DNA of 63,711 bases, the filler included, from Octopus bimaculoides (taxonomy: Eukaryota), in the NCBI RefSeq assembly GCF_001194135.2. It is 6 parts of 6 records of this genome, joined end to end, with 100 filler letters (N's around TTAATTAATTAA, not from the genome) between each part and the next. Parts side by side here need not be neighbours in the genome. Positions count along the whole stretch, not along the records: positions 22,782 to 47,126 come from NC_068999.1; 5 more parts are not named here. One strand, 5' to 3'. The position numbers were made by a program, and so were the translations under genes. This document shows positions 25,006 through 38,502 of this stretch, piece by piece (position 1 is the stretch's first letter; each line of letters opens with the position of its first letter). The notes under the pieces are model-generated. The model did no database searches. It was given only the letters and a program-made list of their open reading frames with translations, and had not been told where the DNA came from.

Positions 25006-25129
25006 GTATTACGCAATCATTTACCCTATAAAAGCTAAATATGTCTGCACTGTAAGTCGAGCCAAAAAAGCGATTCTCTTTATTTGGATTTTATCATTTT
25101 TTTTGGCTTCACCAATAATCATTGGCCGG
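25006..25129 (+). CDS. Class A neuropeptide-type GPCR exon (end of TM3, ICL2, TM4)
   Basis: Acceptor tttctcttttaag|G. Encodes (R)YYAIIYPIKAKYVCTVSRAKKAILFIWILSFFLASPIIIGR, i.e. the [DE]RY motif tail and the TM4 Trp. Donor CGG|GTAAGT, phase 0. Confidence 0.9.
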
Positions 25130-25975
25130 GTAAGTAAAATATTTTCTTATCTAATGCATTTCCTGCTTTAAGCCCTCAGCTAAGCCTAGGGTGCAATTAG
25201 CTAAATGCACTTTATTTCAAGCATTCGACCGCGTCGAAGAACCTGAGGATGATACTGTCCCTTCCTCCCGCCAATTACGGAGCTTCTGTCCCAATGGTCA
25301 CAAGTGCTTCCCCCTTGCTTTAAATGGTCCCTGCTTTATTCTACACATTTTATCTTTTATTGTCTGATTTTGAAGTTTGTTGCTTATTTAAAAAAAAAAT
25401 TGAACTTATTTTCTGTAAAGCATTTTAATAACACTGACCAAACAACAAAATTACTGACTTAGGAGCTATTTAGAATTAGTACCTGTTGTAGGTGATGATG
25501 TGGACGTTATTGATGATGCTGGTGATGCTGGTGGAGGTGGTGAACTGATGGTGGTAGTATTTCTTGAATTTCAGTCAGATATAAATTGTAATGCATTGGC
25601 CCTTGTATAAAACGTATATGAATACAATATGTATTTTTCATCGGCTTAACAGAAGGCTCATTCAAAGACTACTATTATATTAGAGCTATCAGTCAACGTC
25701 ATGTTGAATAAATTACTACATCATCAAAGCACACTTTTCCAAAAGAATAATTGGTGCAGTCAACCGATATTCTATCATCTGTCTCGGACATAGCCACGCC
25801 ATTCAATAATACCTTGAGACACTGCAGTTTATATTTAAATGAGAAATATCATATCATAATCCACCCCACACAAATGTTGAACAGAAAGACAGAGCTAATG
25901 CAGACTTGCAGAGTAAGATAATTATATTTTCTCTCTCTCTCTTTCTCTATCGATCGATCTATCTATCGCTCTCTT

Positions 25976-26031
<56 letters not shown>

Positions 26032-26249
26032 GAATAATAATCAAGCAAAACAGTGCCAGGGTTAGACGCGTCGTGTCCCAGCGCCATGTTGACCATTGTT
26101 TCAACGATATACGAATAAAATCCAGTTGAAGTTCACTGCGTCCTAACAGATTTATGTGTGCATGTGTGTATGTATGTGTGTGCCTCTGTGTGTGTGTGTT
26201 TGTGTGTGTATGAGTGTAATTACAATTCATGGAATTATACATTAGCTTC

Positions 26250-27090
26250 GGTGTTCTGCATACGCCTCATTAATTATTAATCTTCTGTGTTTTCACGAGC
26301 TAGATATGGACGACGGTTGCCCTTAAACTTTGACAGGGCTTCCGAGACTGGCAGGAAGAAAAGGAGTATTTATTAGTCCCTTTCATTCATTTGTTTTCTT
26401 CGTGTGTAGGCGGTCAATGTCTGCACGTGAATGAGGGGCACCATGCATTGTTTTTTTTGTTTTGTTTTGTTTTTTATCTTACTGACGAAATCTTTCAGTT
26501 CATCATTTGTCCACTTCAGAATTCCAGCGCCATACCTAACTACTGCGACAGTGTGCGAGTTTATTGCCGAAATTATGTTTCTAGCATTCAGATTTGAATC
26601 CAATATTCTTCTCAATCCCCGCAAATACTCTATCGTTGTCTCGTCTTGCATATCATCATGCTTAATTCCACCTGCCTCGAGTATTCCCAGATACTATTTT
26701 TATCTGGATTCAGGTTCAATTTCGTACATGTACCTTCAGTTCTGACAAACTTTTCCTCGCGTCATCACCATCACAGCACGTTTTGAAAGTCCAAACTCCA
26801 TGTTGATATCATTTGAGAAATTCTGCATAGACGGGATTAGACAAACCAGTCTAGTCCAGTTAATTGTCCCAAGGCTCAACATCCTCCCCAAGCCCACAAA
26901 AGGCAACAGTGGCAGCAGCAACAGCAGCAGCAGACAAACTAACAGACTGAAGTCTGCCAATCCTTTTCGGGCAACAACTCCAAAACCAGCAATGATAGCA
27001 GCAGCAACAGAGCCACCGTGACTATTCTTAAATACACAAATCATATTTGAGAACCAATGATTATATTTTACCAATAAATTCAACAATATC
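26250..27090 (-). mobile_element. R4/Dong-like LINE reverse transcriptase C-terminal fragment
   Basis: FSNDINMEFGLSKRAVMVMTRGKV and EYLRGLRRILDSNLNARNIISAINSHTVAVVRYGAGILKWTNDEL. Confidence 0.8.
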
Positions 27091-27854
27091 TCTCTTTTAT
27101 TTTTTCTTTCATTTTCTTATTTTAGAAAGATATCTTGTAATCGCTTATCTTCCTTCGGCGCTAATCTTATTTACGTTTTCAAACGTATTTTTAGACTAAC
27201 AGTAAAGAATAGAAGAAAATGTTTAATAAAAAAAAAAAAAAGAAACTCTATTTCGTTGCAAATCATACCGAGGCAAAAAAAATACCCGATTGATTTTCAA
27301 CATTAATTTCTCAACTTAAATTTGGCAGAAACCTCCTTCATAAATCATAAATCATAAATCATAAAGTATCAAAGGTTGATTAGTTTTACTAACTTTACNN
27401 NNNNNNNNNNNNNNNNNNNNNNNNNNNNNNNNNNNNNNNNNNNNNNNNNNNNNNNNNNNNNNNNNNNNNNNNNNNNNNNNNNNNNNNNNNNNNNNNNNNN
27501 NNNNNNNNNNNNNNNNNNNNNNNNNNNNNNNNNNNNNNNNNNNNNNNNNNNNNNNNNNNNNNNNNNNNNNNNNNNNNNNNNNNNNNNNNNNNNNNNNNNN
27601 NNNNNNNNNNNNNNNNNNNNNNNNNNNNNNNNNNNNNNNNNNNNNNNNNNNNNNNNNNNNNNNNNNNNNNNNNNNNNNNNNNNNNNNNNNNNNNNNNNNN
27701 NNNNNNNNNNNNNNNNNNNNNNNNNNNNNNNNNNNNNNNNNNNNNNNNNNNNNNNNNNNNNNNNNNNNNNNNNNNNNNNNNNNNNNNNNNNNNNNNNNNN
27801 NNNNNNNNNNNNNNNNNNNNNNNNNNNNNNNNNNNNNNNNNNNNNNNNNNNNNN

Positions 27855-27931
<77 letters not shown>

Positions 27932-29695
27932 CACACAGACATGTGTGGCTGTGTGATATGCCTGTTTTCCAATCACATGGTTCCGGGTTCACTCCCATTT
28001 CGTGACATCTATTATAGCCTCAAGATCAAGAAGTATTCTTAAAAGAGAAAAGAAGCATGGTGATTCCTTGCCCAAGTGACTTTATCTTATCGCCCATCAC
28101 TTGCTATGCGCTCATAAATTAGTTTGATAAATGAGCTCTCATTGGCTGTATGCAAATGAGTTCATAACTGGGGTCCGGAACTCTCGTGGGAAAAGAAATT
28201 TCGCGAACCGGCCGAATGAATTTGCCCAAGCGCGTGTGTATGTGAGAATGGTGTGTATAAGTGTGTATGTATGGATGGGGGTATTACGTAAGTATGCGTA
28301 TGTGGGGGCGAGCTGAAAAGTATGTGGACCTGTATGCGTGTATGTGTGTAAGTGATCCAGTGCGCACATTATGTGGAGTGATATGCGCTACATGTACTGG
28401 TGTGTATGTGTGTGTGCGTATGAACGAGTGTACGTATGCGTGCGGTTAACATGCAGGTAGGTAGGTAGGTAGGTAGGTAGGTAGGTAGGTACATATTTTT
28501 TGCTTTTCCCGTTGTTGATGCCATCACTTAAACCTAGATCAGTTTGACTGGACAGGATTTTGATCAAAAACATTCCTTCCGGAATCATCTTGCACTTCTT
28601 TCCTGCATTGTGTTATTAAGGGCTATATTAACCAATATATCTGTCCTGCTTTGAAGACAGGAGAGTGACTTCATTCGAGGGAGATTTGGCTGCCTTTCCT
28701 AGCAAAACGCACTCGTTTCCGAAATGTAAATATAACAGGTCTCTTGAAATTGCTTTTGAAGAAAGTTTTTCTTTGAAATATTTTACCAATATTCCTTTCG
28801 TTCAACTGTACTGATGCATTATATATCTCTTTCAAATACATCCGCCTCATGGCGATCTATAGTATTGTGAAAACATAGCGCTTCCTCGAAATCTGATGCA
28901 TTTTGAGCTCTATTATTCGTAATATCCGTGATGTCATTGCAAAATTGATGAAGTCAAATATTGATTTATGTCTTAATAACAAAAAATAAACTAGATTTTC
29001 TTAATTTCATTTTATTTTTGAAATGCTATTTGATATGATATTTTTATGCATTTTAAAAGAACCTCGTGAAAAATGATACTCGGAAATGGAATTATGAAGT
29101 ACTGCACAAAACATATTTGAAAAAGAAATTGAGAGAGAAATTGTGAGTCAACAACATAAGATAAAGAACAGTTTTCTTATGCGGGCCTTCATCTTGATAA
29201 GTTTTTCTTAAAACTACAAAACAAATACGCTAACATCTTAAAAACAGGACATGTTGGACGAATTTTAAAATGTTAGCACTTTGAGGTGTGAATCTTACAC
29301 AGACTGGATAGAATAGGCTGGATACATCAGCTAACAAACGCCGCAGTACAAAAGCTGAAAGCCTATATATAACTATTGTCGAGAATCAAATTCACAAAGC
29401 TTATCATATTTCGGGTATAAGGTGGAACCACGAATCGTTACCCAAGACCATCCTCACAGAAAGTATGGAGAGGTAGTGAGAAAGCGGATGACAAAGACGT
29501 TTGTGGACTGAATAAGTCAAAGAATCGGACTGGAAATGAAACCATGTCTGATTGCACGCATGAAGTACATGCAATGGGGCATCCAATCCGACGCCAGTCC
29601 TGGATGATACTAATCAAGCACCCACTAATAAGAATTAATCTCTACATGGGCGCTCACACACTACCTTCTTGAGAAAGCGAAGAAAAGTTATCCAA

Positions 29696-29935
29696 AAGGC
29701 GGCGAGCTGGCAGAAACGTTAGCACGCCGGGAGAAATGCCTAGCGGTATTTCGTCTGCTGTTACGTTCTGAGTTCAATTTTCCGCCGAGGTCGACTTTGC
29801 CTTTCATCCTTCAGGGGTCGATTAAATAAGTACCACTTACGCATTGGGGTCGATATAATCGATTTAATCCGTTTGTCTGTCTTTGTTTGTCCCCTCTGTG
29901 TGTAGCCCTTTGTGGGCAATAAAGAAATAAGAAAT
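29696..29935 (+). mobile_element. Near-intact SINE family A
   Basis: AAGGCGGCGAGCTGGCAGAAACGTTAG (A-box), GAGTTCAATTTTCC (B-box), ending CCCTTGTGGGCAATAAAGAAATAAG. Confidence 0.85.
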
Positions 29936-31360
29936 TATCCAACGGGAACCTTTTCGGCAAAAAGGAAGGGGAAAGGTGTGTTGGCTGTGCTGAATGCTTT
30001 TGATTATAGATGTACTCAATCAAGGCTGGCCTGGAGCGACATAACAATACCAGCAATAGCAGTTCTGCTTACGACAGATTATATTCTATTCTATTCAGGA
30101 ATAGTTTAAATTACGTTGATATATTTTTAATCGCCCAGCATGTAGTTTCTGATTTTTTTCTTCTTCTTAGTACTGGTTACGTAATTACATTCAACAAATA
30201 ATAAATGATTGAGAAAAAAAAACCCTCTTTATTTGAAAGATAATTTGTCGTTCAATGACAGACAATAGTCGATTCTTCAATATGGTAAATTACCACAATA
30301 TTTTTTTGAATAACAAACAAGATTTTAATGAGAAAGAAAACGATGTTGCTGGTAAATGCTGAGGTTGATTTATTGGAAATCCGGCATTTAAAAAAAAAAA
30401 AGAAATACGATGTTTACAACGACTCCATGATCTGGAATAGAAATGTTGATAATAAAAACAAAACATGCCCAAGGAAATATTCGTTATGGAAATAACTGAA
30501 TAATACACTAATTTAGTATTGGATATAAATTTTGAAAAACTAACACAAAGTAAAAGAAGAGGATGAAGAAAGAGGACAAAAAATATGAGTTTGTTTGGCA
30601 TAAAATAGCATTCATTGCTTAAAATAATAAATGGAGTTGTCGACCTATCCTTATTTCACCCAAAGATATCTTGGTCAAAATATATTTTTTGTGCATGTAG
30701 CTAGTTCGCATTTAAATCTTAATTATGCTACATCAATATTAAAATGGCTGCTTTATTTTGACTAAAGTGCCATAATTAAACAATGATCAAAATTGAATTA
30801 ATTGAATATAACAATCATTTACTATCCTAATTATATCATAATGAGAACATATTTACTCAGAAAAGTTGTTAAATATTTAATTGGTGCTAATTAGTCGCAG
30901 GTTTTTACTATCAACAGTAAAGTAATATATCACAGGCCAGAATACATTTTGTTAATGAAAATTATTATTTCTAATTTTTGGTACAAGACCAACGCTTTCG
31001 AGGGGAAGGGGCAAGTCAGTTACATGGACCCCAGTGCCCAACTGGTACTTATTTTATAGATCTCAAAAGGATGAAAAATCAAAGTCGATCTCGATGACAT
31101 TTGAACTCAGAACGTAAAGAGCCAGATAGAATTCTGCTAATCATTTTGTCTGGCGTGGTAACATTTCTGCCAGATAACCACCTTTAAGGGTTTCGAATTT
31201 TGGCATAAGACCATCAGTTTTAGGGAAGGGGGATAGTCGGTTACATCCACCTCAGTGCTCGACTGGTTCCTATTTTATTGAACCCGGAAGAATGATAGGC
31301 AAAATCGACCTCAGCCGAACTTGAGATCAATGTGAAAAAACTGGAAGAAATGCCATTAAT

Positions 31361-31468
31361 TACGAGGTGGTCTCAAAACGTTCTCGGACTACTTAGGTTA
31401 CAGCAGAGGTAAATAAGTTATTTTTATGAAGCATAACTTGTCCGGAAAGGTTTTGATACCATCTCGTA
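31361..31468. mobile_element. Miniature mariner-type MITE
   Basis: Imperfect TIRs TACGAGGTGGTCTCAAAACGTTCTCGGAC / GTCCGGAAAGGTTTTGATACCATCTCGTA with TA ends. Confidence 0.65.
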
Positions 31469-32834
31469 TTTTGATACCACTTCGTGTTAACGTTTCTGTC
31501 AGATCACCGCCTTCATTAATCAAAGTTCCCGCTTGATCCAGTGAAGAAAGAATATGACAACTGTATGTAGCATAGCTTGTATGTGCTACGACATGATGTG
31601 CTTTCAATATAACGAAATTGAAGGCCATTAAATGAATTTCAGAAATTCATTGCCGTGTTACAGTATATATTTGTGATAGACACGATGGAGCACCATGAAA
31701 AATATCTTGTGTGGTGATATATGTCTACATTCCTTAGCATTTCAACTTAAAATATAAAATCTCACCTTGATCTATTTTGTTTTCTGTTAACAATCTGATG
31801 AAAATAAATTAAGTCAGTTGAAATCCTAAAATAAACTATTAAGGTCAATGTATTTGATAACACTATGGAAGGTGATGTCCGGCATGGCTACAGGCCAATG
31901 AATGAACCGTAAAACAATATCGTCTATTAGGCCTAGAAAAAGATAATCTGCTCAAATAAGATATTAATCCAGGATATTGTGCCAAACCACCGTCCATTGT
32001 GCTAAGCAATAATTATTTCTAATTTAGCCATAAGACCCAAGATTTGGAGAAAGGAATTAGTCGATTCTATCAACGTCAGTATGTTACGAGTTCTATATTT
32101 TATCGACGCTGAGAGGACGAAAAGCAACGCTGACCTCAATAAGATCTGCTGTTAGAAGCTCAGCTAATGAGCTGTCCGATGCTCTATCGTCCTTGCTGAT
32201 AAACAATTCTAACTACTACTTGATCATAGGTCTGAGATTTGGAGAAAGGGGTTAATCTATACCATCGAAAGTCAGTATTTTACTTGAACAATATTTTATC
32301 GACTCTGAAAGTACGAAAGATAAAACATAGCTGTGACAAGATTTGTACTCGGACGAAGTTCAAGACCAATCCGATAGTCCATCATCGTCGGTGCTAAACA
32401 ATAACAATAAATACTTAATTACAACTTTAAATCTTGCAAAGTCTTTTTCACATGAGTTTGTGCCGAGATCGCATTTAAAACTATCGAGTACGGCGCTCGT
32501 AACCGAACACTACGCTCAAAATTTCGCTTATAAATGTGTGTCTTGTTTCAACTTGCCTTTCTAAATAAATAACAAACTTACATCATAATTATTCAGACAT
32601 TATTCTTTTTTTTTTTGCCCCGTTCTCGAATCCAAATTTAATCTGTTCTCTTTCTTAACATCATGATTCGGTCATTCAGTGTATTTGGTATGATAAATAT
32701 TCGTCTGCAGAGAAATGTTTTCGTGTTTTTTCACACTGAATGACGCCATGTTCATTGTATGCGTTTTTTTTTCTTGTTTTACTTTTTGGGCTGTCGTTGT
32801 TTTGATGATATTTCCTATACGGAGATTATGGTTA

Positions 32835-32885
<51 letters not shown>

Positions 32886-33150
32886 NNNNNNNNNNNNNNN
32901 NNNNNNNNNNNNNNNNNNNNNNNNNNNNNNNNNNNNNNNNNNNNNNNNNNNNNNNNNNNNNNNNNNNNNNNNNNNNNNNNNNNNNNNNNNNNNNNNNNNN
33001 NNNNNNNNNNNNNNNNNNNNNNNNNNNNNNNNNNNNNNNNNNNNNNNNNNNNNNNNNNNNNNNNNNNNNNNNNNNNNNNNNNNNNNNNNNNNNNNNNNNN
33101 NNNNNNNNNNNNNNNNNNNNNNNNNNNNNNNNNNNNNNNNNNNNNNNNNN

Positions 33151-33195
<45 letters not shown>

Positions 33196-33590
33196 AGTAT
33201 GTATGTATGTATATATAGAAATATATGTATAGATATATATAGATTTAGGTATATATATATACGTATGTGTATATATACGTATGTGCATATGATATATATA
33301 TATATATGTGTGTGTATATATATACGTATGTATTTCCTATAGAGAAGATATAAATAAAACTTACATTCATACATGCATACATATAAAAAGGTATACAAAG
33401 GAGAGACCAGTAAATAAGAAAATATCAACTGATGTCTACACATAACAAAAAATGCTTAGGAGATATCTCAATACACACTCACACACACACATATAAGTTT
33501 AGAAGGTTGTTTGTTATGGCCTGTCGGAGAGTGACCATTGGTTTCGTACCTATAACGCGTTTAGCTATATAGGTGACATGTCTACATGAA

Positions 33591-33631
<41 letters not shown>

Positions 33632-33695
33632 GTCTGCCTCCTTTTTCTTAATGTGTAATATCTCTACATCACTTCAAACACTTTATCCATACACA

Positions 33696-34440
33696 TACGG
33701 GGAGCGGTGAATAACCTGGCGTCTAAATTACGTAAAAATGAAAATAACGCTGACATCTCATTTTAGCAGATATATTTACCAAAATTACATCGAAGTATCT
33801 TGGTTTTTTTCTCTGACGAAAAAAACTTTGACCAGGTTCAAATATCTAACAGAAGAAATGACAGATGGTTATGCGCAAATCCTTCTGAAGTACCCAGAGT
33901 GATGCTCACGAAATTTCCAGCCACTGTGATAGTTTTAAGAGTGGTGAGTAGCTAAGGTCATGTGATGCCTCCCCACTTTTTCCCACATGGTCTTAGAATT
34001 AATGCTGCTGGATACAGTGAGGTACTGGAAACTATTATCAAGCCATGGATTGATGATGTATGCAATGGAAAGCCATTCATGTTTCAATAAGACTCAGCAC
34101 ATTCTCATAAATCCTTAGTCACCCAAGAACGGTTGTCAGACAATCTTTACGATTGTGTAACCCTCTATATATGGCCTCCAAATTCGCCAGATTTCAACGC
34201 CCATGGACTACTATTTGTGGAGCGCTGTTGAAAGAGAGGTTAATCGTTATACTTATAAAACCATAGCTTCAATGAAGACCGCTTTCTCCCGATGATGTGC
34301 AAACTGAATAAGGACCATACAGTGGCAGCATGCGAGCGGTTTCGGTCCCGCATTGAAGCAGTCATCGTAGTCGAAGGCGGTTTCATTGAATAATTTGCTT
34401 AAAAAAAACATTATTAAGACTTAATTGCACAAATGTTTAT
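33696..34440 (+). mobile_element. Tc1/mariner-superfamily transposon remnant
   Basis: KFPATVIVLRVVSS-GHVMPPHFFPHGLRINAAGY..FMFQ-DSA..WPPNSPDFN and MDYYLWSAVE (WPxxSPDxNP.DY motif), with stops. Confidence 0.8.
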
Positions 34441-34528
34441 TCAATTACATATTTATTTAAGCCGAAATATAGTTTTTAATTCTTTTACGTGTTGCAGTCT
34501 TTGATCTCTGCCATGCTGGAGCACCTGA

Positions 34529-34566
<38 letters not shown>

Positions 34567-34584
34567 GCACGCACGCACGCTCGT

Positions 34585-34630
<46 letters not shown>

Positions 34631-34646
34631 NNNNNNNNNNNNNNNN

Positions 34647-34688
<42 letters not shown>

Positions 34689-34727
34689 TGTATATGCATA
34701 TATGTATATGCATATATGTATATATAC

Positions 34728-34766
<39 letters not shown>

Positions 34767-36758
34767 CACATGTAATTAATATATATATTGAGTGTGTATG
34801 TGTGTGTATATATATTGTGTGTGTTTGTGTTTGTGTATATATGTACATTTATGCAAATACAGATATACACATACAGGTATATAAATATGTGCGCGCGCGC
34901 GCGTGAATGTATCTAGATACGTACATACAAAAGGAGACACAATTACGTAGGTCTTCATAGTCGTTATATGAATTCCAGAGAGGAATCTATATTTCTTTGG
35001 TTGAGACCACATCCTATTTCCTATAGGAAGAATTCAAACAATTTTTGAAAAGCAACATCGCACACATATTTACACACGCACATACATATGCATGTATGTA
35101 TGTATGCATGCGTGTGTATGTATATATANNNNNNNNNNNNNNNNNNNNNNNNNNNNNNNNNNNNNNNNNNNNNNNNNNNNNNNNNNNNNNNNNNNNNNNN
35201 NNNNNNNNNNNNNNNNNNNNNNNNNNNNNNNNNNNNNTATATATATTATGTGTGTATGTATGTATACGTACATAACTATAAAATTGCCATTATGATAAAT
35301 ATTTTGGATGTATTTTATTCTGTAAGATAAAAGCATTTTTGCAGTGTAATAACACACAACTACAATGCATTTGCGTTGCACAACGTTCAGAATCTAATTT
35401 GTCAGCCAGTTCTGACAGCTCAGTAAATCCAGTAACAATCTTAAACACATACATGCACACGTACACATACACATACATACACACACAGACACACACACAC
35501 GCATTTATGAGTATATATACTTATTTATACATATAATTACACACACACACACATATATATATATTTATATATATGCTTGTGAGTATGTGTGTGTGTAAAT
35601 ATACACATTTATGTGATTGTGTGTGTATGTATGTACGTGTGTATATCTGTATATATATANNNNNNNNNNNNNNNNNNNNNNNNNNNNNNNNNNNNNNNNN
35701 NNNNNNNNNNNNNNNNNNNNNNNNNNNNNNNNNNNNNNNNNNNNNNNNNNNNNNNNNNNNNNNNNNNNNNNNNNNNNNNNNNNNNNNNNNNNNNNNNNNN
35801 NNNNNNNNNNNNNNNNNNNNNNNNNNNNNNNNNNNNNNNNNNNNNNNNNNNNNNNNNNNNNNNNNNNNNNNNNNNNNNNNNNNNNNNNNNNNNNNNNNNN
35901 NNNNNNNNNNNNNNNNNNNNNNNNNNNNNNNNNNNNNNNNNNNNNNNNNNNNNNNNNNNNNNNNNNNNNNNNNNNNNNNNNNNNNNNNNNNNNNNNNNNN
36001 NNNNNNNNNNNNNNNNNNNNNNNNNNNNNNNNNNNNNNNNNNNNNNNNNNNNNNNNNNNNNNNNNNNNNNNNNNNNNNNNNNNNNNNNNNNNNNNNNNNN
36101 NNNNNNNNNNNNNNNNNNNNNNNNNNNNNNNNNNNNNNNNNNNNNNNNNNNNNNNNNNNNNNNNNNNNNNNNNNNNNNNNNNNNNNNNNNNNNNNNNNNN
36201 NNNNNNNNNNNNNNNNNNNNNNNNNNNNNNNNNNNNNNNNNNNNNNNNNNNNNNNNNTATATATATATATATATATATATCGATATAGACATGGATACTT
36301 TTTTTAACGTGAAGTCTGGCGAACGTTTTCGTTTGTACGATATTTGAATGGTCAACTGAGGAAATATTCACAAGAAACATTTGTAGATTATTTCCGACTG
36401 TTTTTATGTTTTGAGTGGTGAATATAGAAAGTTTATATATACACATGCGCACAAAATGCTCCTCACCACAAAGACATATCCATACAAACATACTCATGCA
36501 CATATATTCGCATGCCCGTCCATGTATGTGGTCGGCTGCGAATACACGTTATAGGAAAGACTCAATGAAGGCCGAAATACGGCTGGCGTTTTCGGTGTCC
36601 GTTGAGAGGGAAATTCTTCGTCTCCCTACCGTAGTTATTGTGGGCACGTCTATAAGAAGGTGTTATCTCAGGACGGGTAACTTTTCCTCTTCAGTAAACA
36701 TTGGTCTAATTAGTATTTTACAAACTTGTTTATTTTTATTATTTACCATTTTTTGCAG

Positions 36759-36961
36759 AGCCATGAAGAAGTGGGTTCCATCAGAAAAGGCTATTGGTGC
36801 ATAGAACACTGGGCATCGGATACCATAGATAAAATATACGAATTTTATATGATGTCTATAATCTTAGTAATTCCAGTAACGGTCATGTCTTTTGCCTACA
36901 CCAGTATCTGTAAAGAACTATGGATTGTCAGCCACACCAGAACGGCTATGATAAACGGGCA
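36759..36961 (+). CDS. GPCR exon (ECL2, TM5, start of ICL3)
   Basis: Acceptor ttttttgcag|, phase 0. Encodes SHEEVGSIRKGYWCIEHW..YEFYMMSIILVIPVTVMSFAYTSIC, with the ECL2 Cys and the TM5 Pro/Tyr. Donor CA|GTAAGT, phase 2. Confidence 0.92.
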
Positions 36962-37412
36962 GTAAGTAATTGATTTTGGCAAAATTCTTCATGTGATGAT
37001 ACTGTTGTTGTTGATGTTGCTGCTATGATACTTGGATATGTTCAAAATGAGAGTAGAGAATATTTTTGGCATAGAGTAATTTGCATAATTAAAATAATAT
37101 TGAGCTAAGAGAATTCGGTTTAACCAATGTCGTGAATATGGACAACAAAGACCATTAATGGTATGCTAAATATTATACAAGAAAATTTGTTCATACAGAC
37201 ATACATACATACATACATACATACATGCATACATACATGCATACATACATACATACATACATACATACTGGGGCACTGGGATATGTAACACACTGCCTAA
37301 GTGCTAGCCATGCAGAATAAGGCTTCTCAAAACCAGAAGGAGAAAGCTGATTCGAAGACTACAGATCCAAGCCACCATTGGAACAGACAGACAGACAGAC
37401 AGACAGACAGGC

Positions 37413-37460
<48 letters not shown>

Positions 37461-37747
37461 GGCGGGCATACAGACAGACAGATAGACAGACAGACAGACA
37501 GACAGATGGGCAGACAGACATATGGACAGACAGACAGACAGACAGACAGACAGTTAGATAATTCAATTATCAGTTGACATTAACTAGGAAGCAATTTAAA
37601 ACCGATTTTGGAAACTTGTCTAAGTGCGTAAGACTGCTTAAAAGATACCCAATAAAATAAGTTTGATTGGTCGATACCTTTTTAAATGTATGAATTCCTG
37701 GCCGTAAACACACATATTTTATGTTTTACTTTCTGAAATGATTCCAG

Positions 37748-37859
37748 AAATGACACATGTCCTACTCAGAGTACAAATCTTTCGGAAAAGGATCCATTCT
37801 ATAAATCCAGGATTAAAATGAAAACGAACACTACAAAAGATGATCAAACACGGAAACAG
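37748..37859 (+). CDS. GPCR exon (ICL3); not in the ORF track
   Basis: Acceptor attccag| (phase 2), donor CAG|GTATCT (phase 0). Open frame (Q)NDTCPTQSTNLSEKDPFYKSRIKMKTNTTKDDQTRKQ. It exactly reconciles the phases of the flanking exons and gives the typical RKQ|VIKML junction before TM6. Confidence 0.85.
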
Positions 37860-37878
37860 GTATCTCGAAAGTTATTAC

Positions 37879-37948
<70 letters not shown>

Positions 37949-37960
37949 GCTATTATTGTG

Positions 37961-38250
37961 AAGGAGCATAGCTCAGTGGTTAGGGTATTCAGCTCGCGAT
38001 CGTAAGGTCGTGAGTTCAATTCCCGGCGACGCGTTGTGTCCTTGAGCAAGACACTTTATTTCACGTTGCTCCCGTCCACTCAGCTGGCAAAAATGAGTAT
38101 TTCAAACGGCCAGCCTGGCCACACTCTCTGTCACGCTGAATCCCCTTAAGGGTACACGTGTCTGTAGAGTACTCAGTTAATTTCACGAGCAGGCTATTCC
38201 GTTGATCAGATCAACTAGAACCCACGACATCATAACCGCCGGAGTGCCAC
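37961..38250 (+). mobile_element. tRNA-derived SINE in the GPCR intron before the last exon
   Basis: TAGCTCAGTGGTTAGG (A-box), GAGTTCAATTCCC (B-box), GTCCTTGAGCAAGACACT core. Its 3' part is shared with the SINE at 4527-4918. Confidence 0.8.
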
Positions 38251-38502
38251 GATAATTATTATTATTATTATTGTTGTTGTTATTATTATTATTAGTAGTA
38301 GTAGTAGTATTAGTATTACTGAGTGAGAGAGCAGCGCATGACATCAAAGTAACACTGGAGTAAAATCAACGAAGTCCAGTGTACCCATCATGTGTGTGTG
38401 TGTGTGTCTGTGTGTATAAAGTATGTATGTATAATATACCTTCATATATAAATATTATAATATACATGATACTAATATGTGACTTCTTTATATTCCTAAC
38501 AG

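Noticed and set aside
29696-29780. tRNA-like A/B boxes here and in other SINE heads
   Set aside because: No complete cloverleaf or acceptor stem; these are SINE heads, not tRNA genes.
37306-37385. Alternative ICL3 exon candidate (IRLLKTRRRKLIRR)
   Set aside because: Runs into a GACA microsatellite without a donor site. 37748-37859 fits phase and motif far better.
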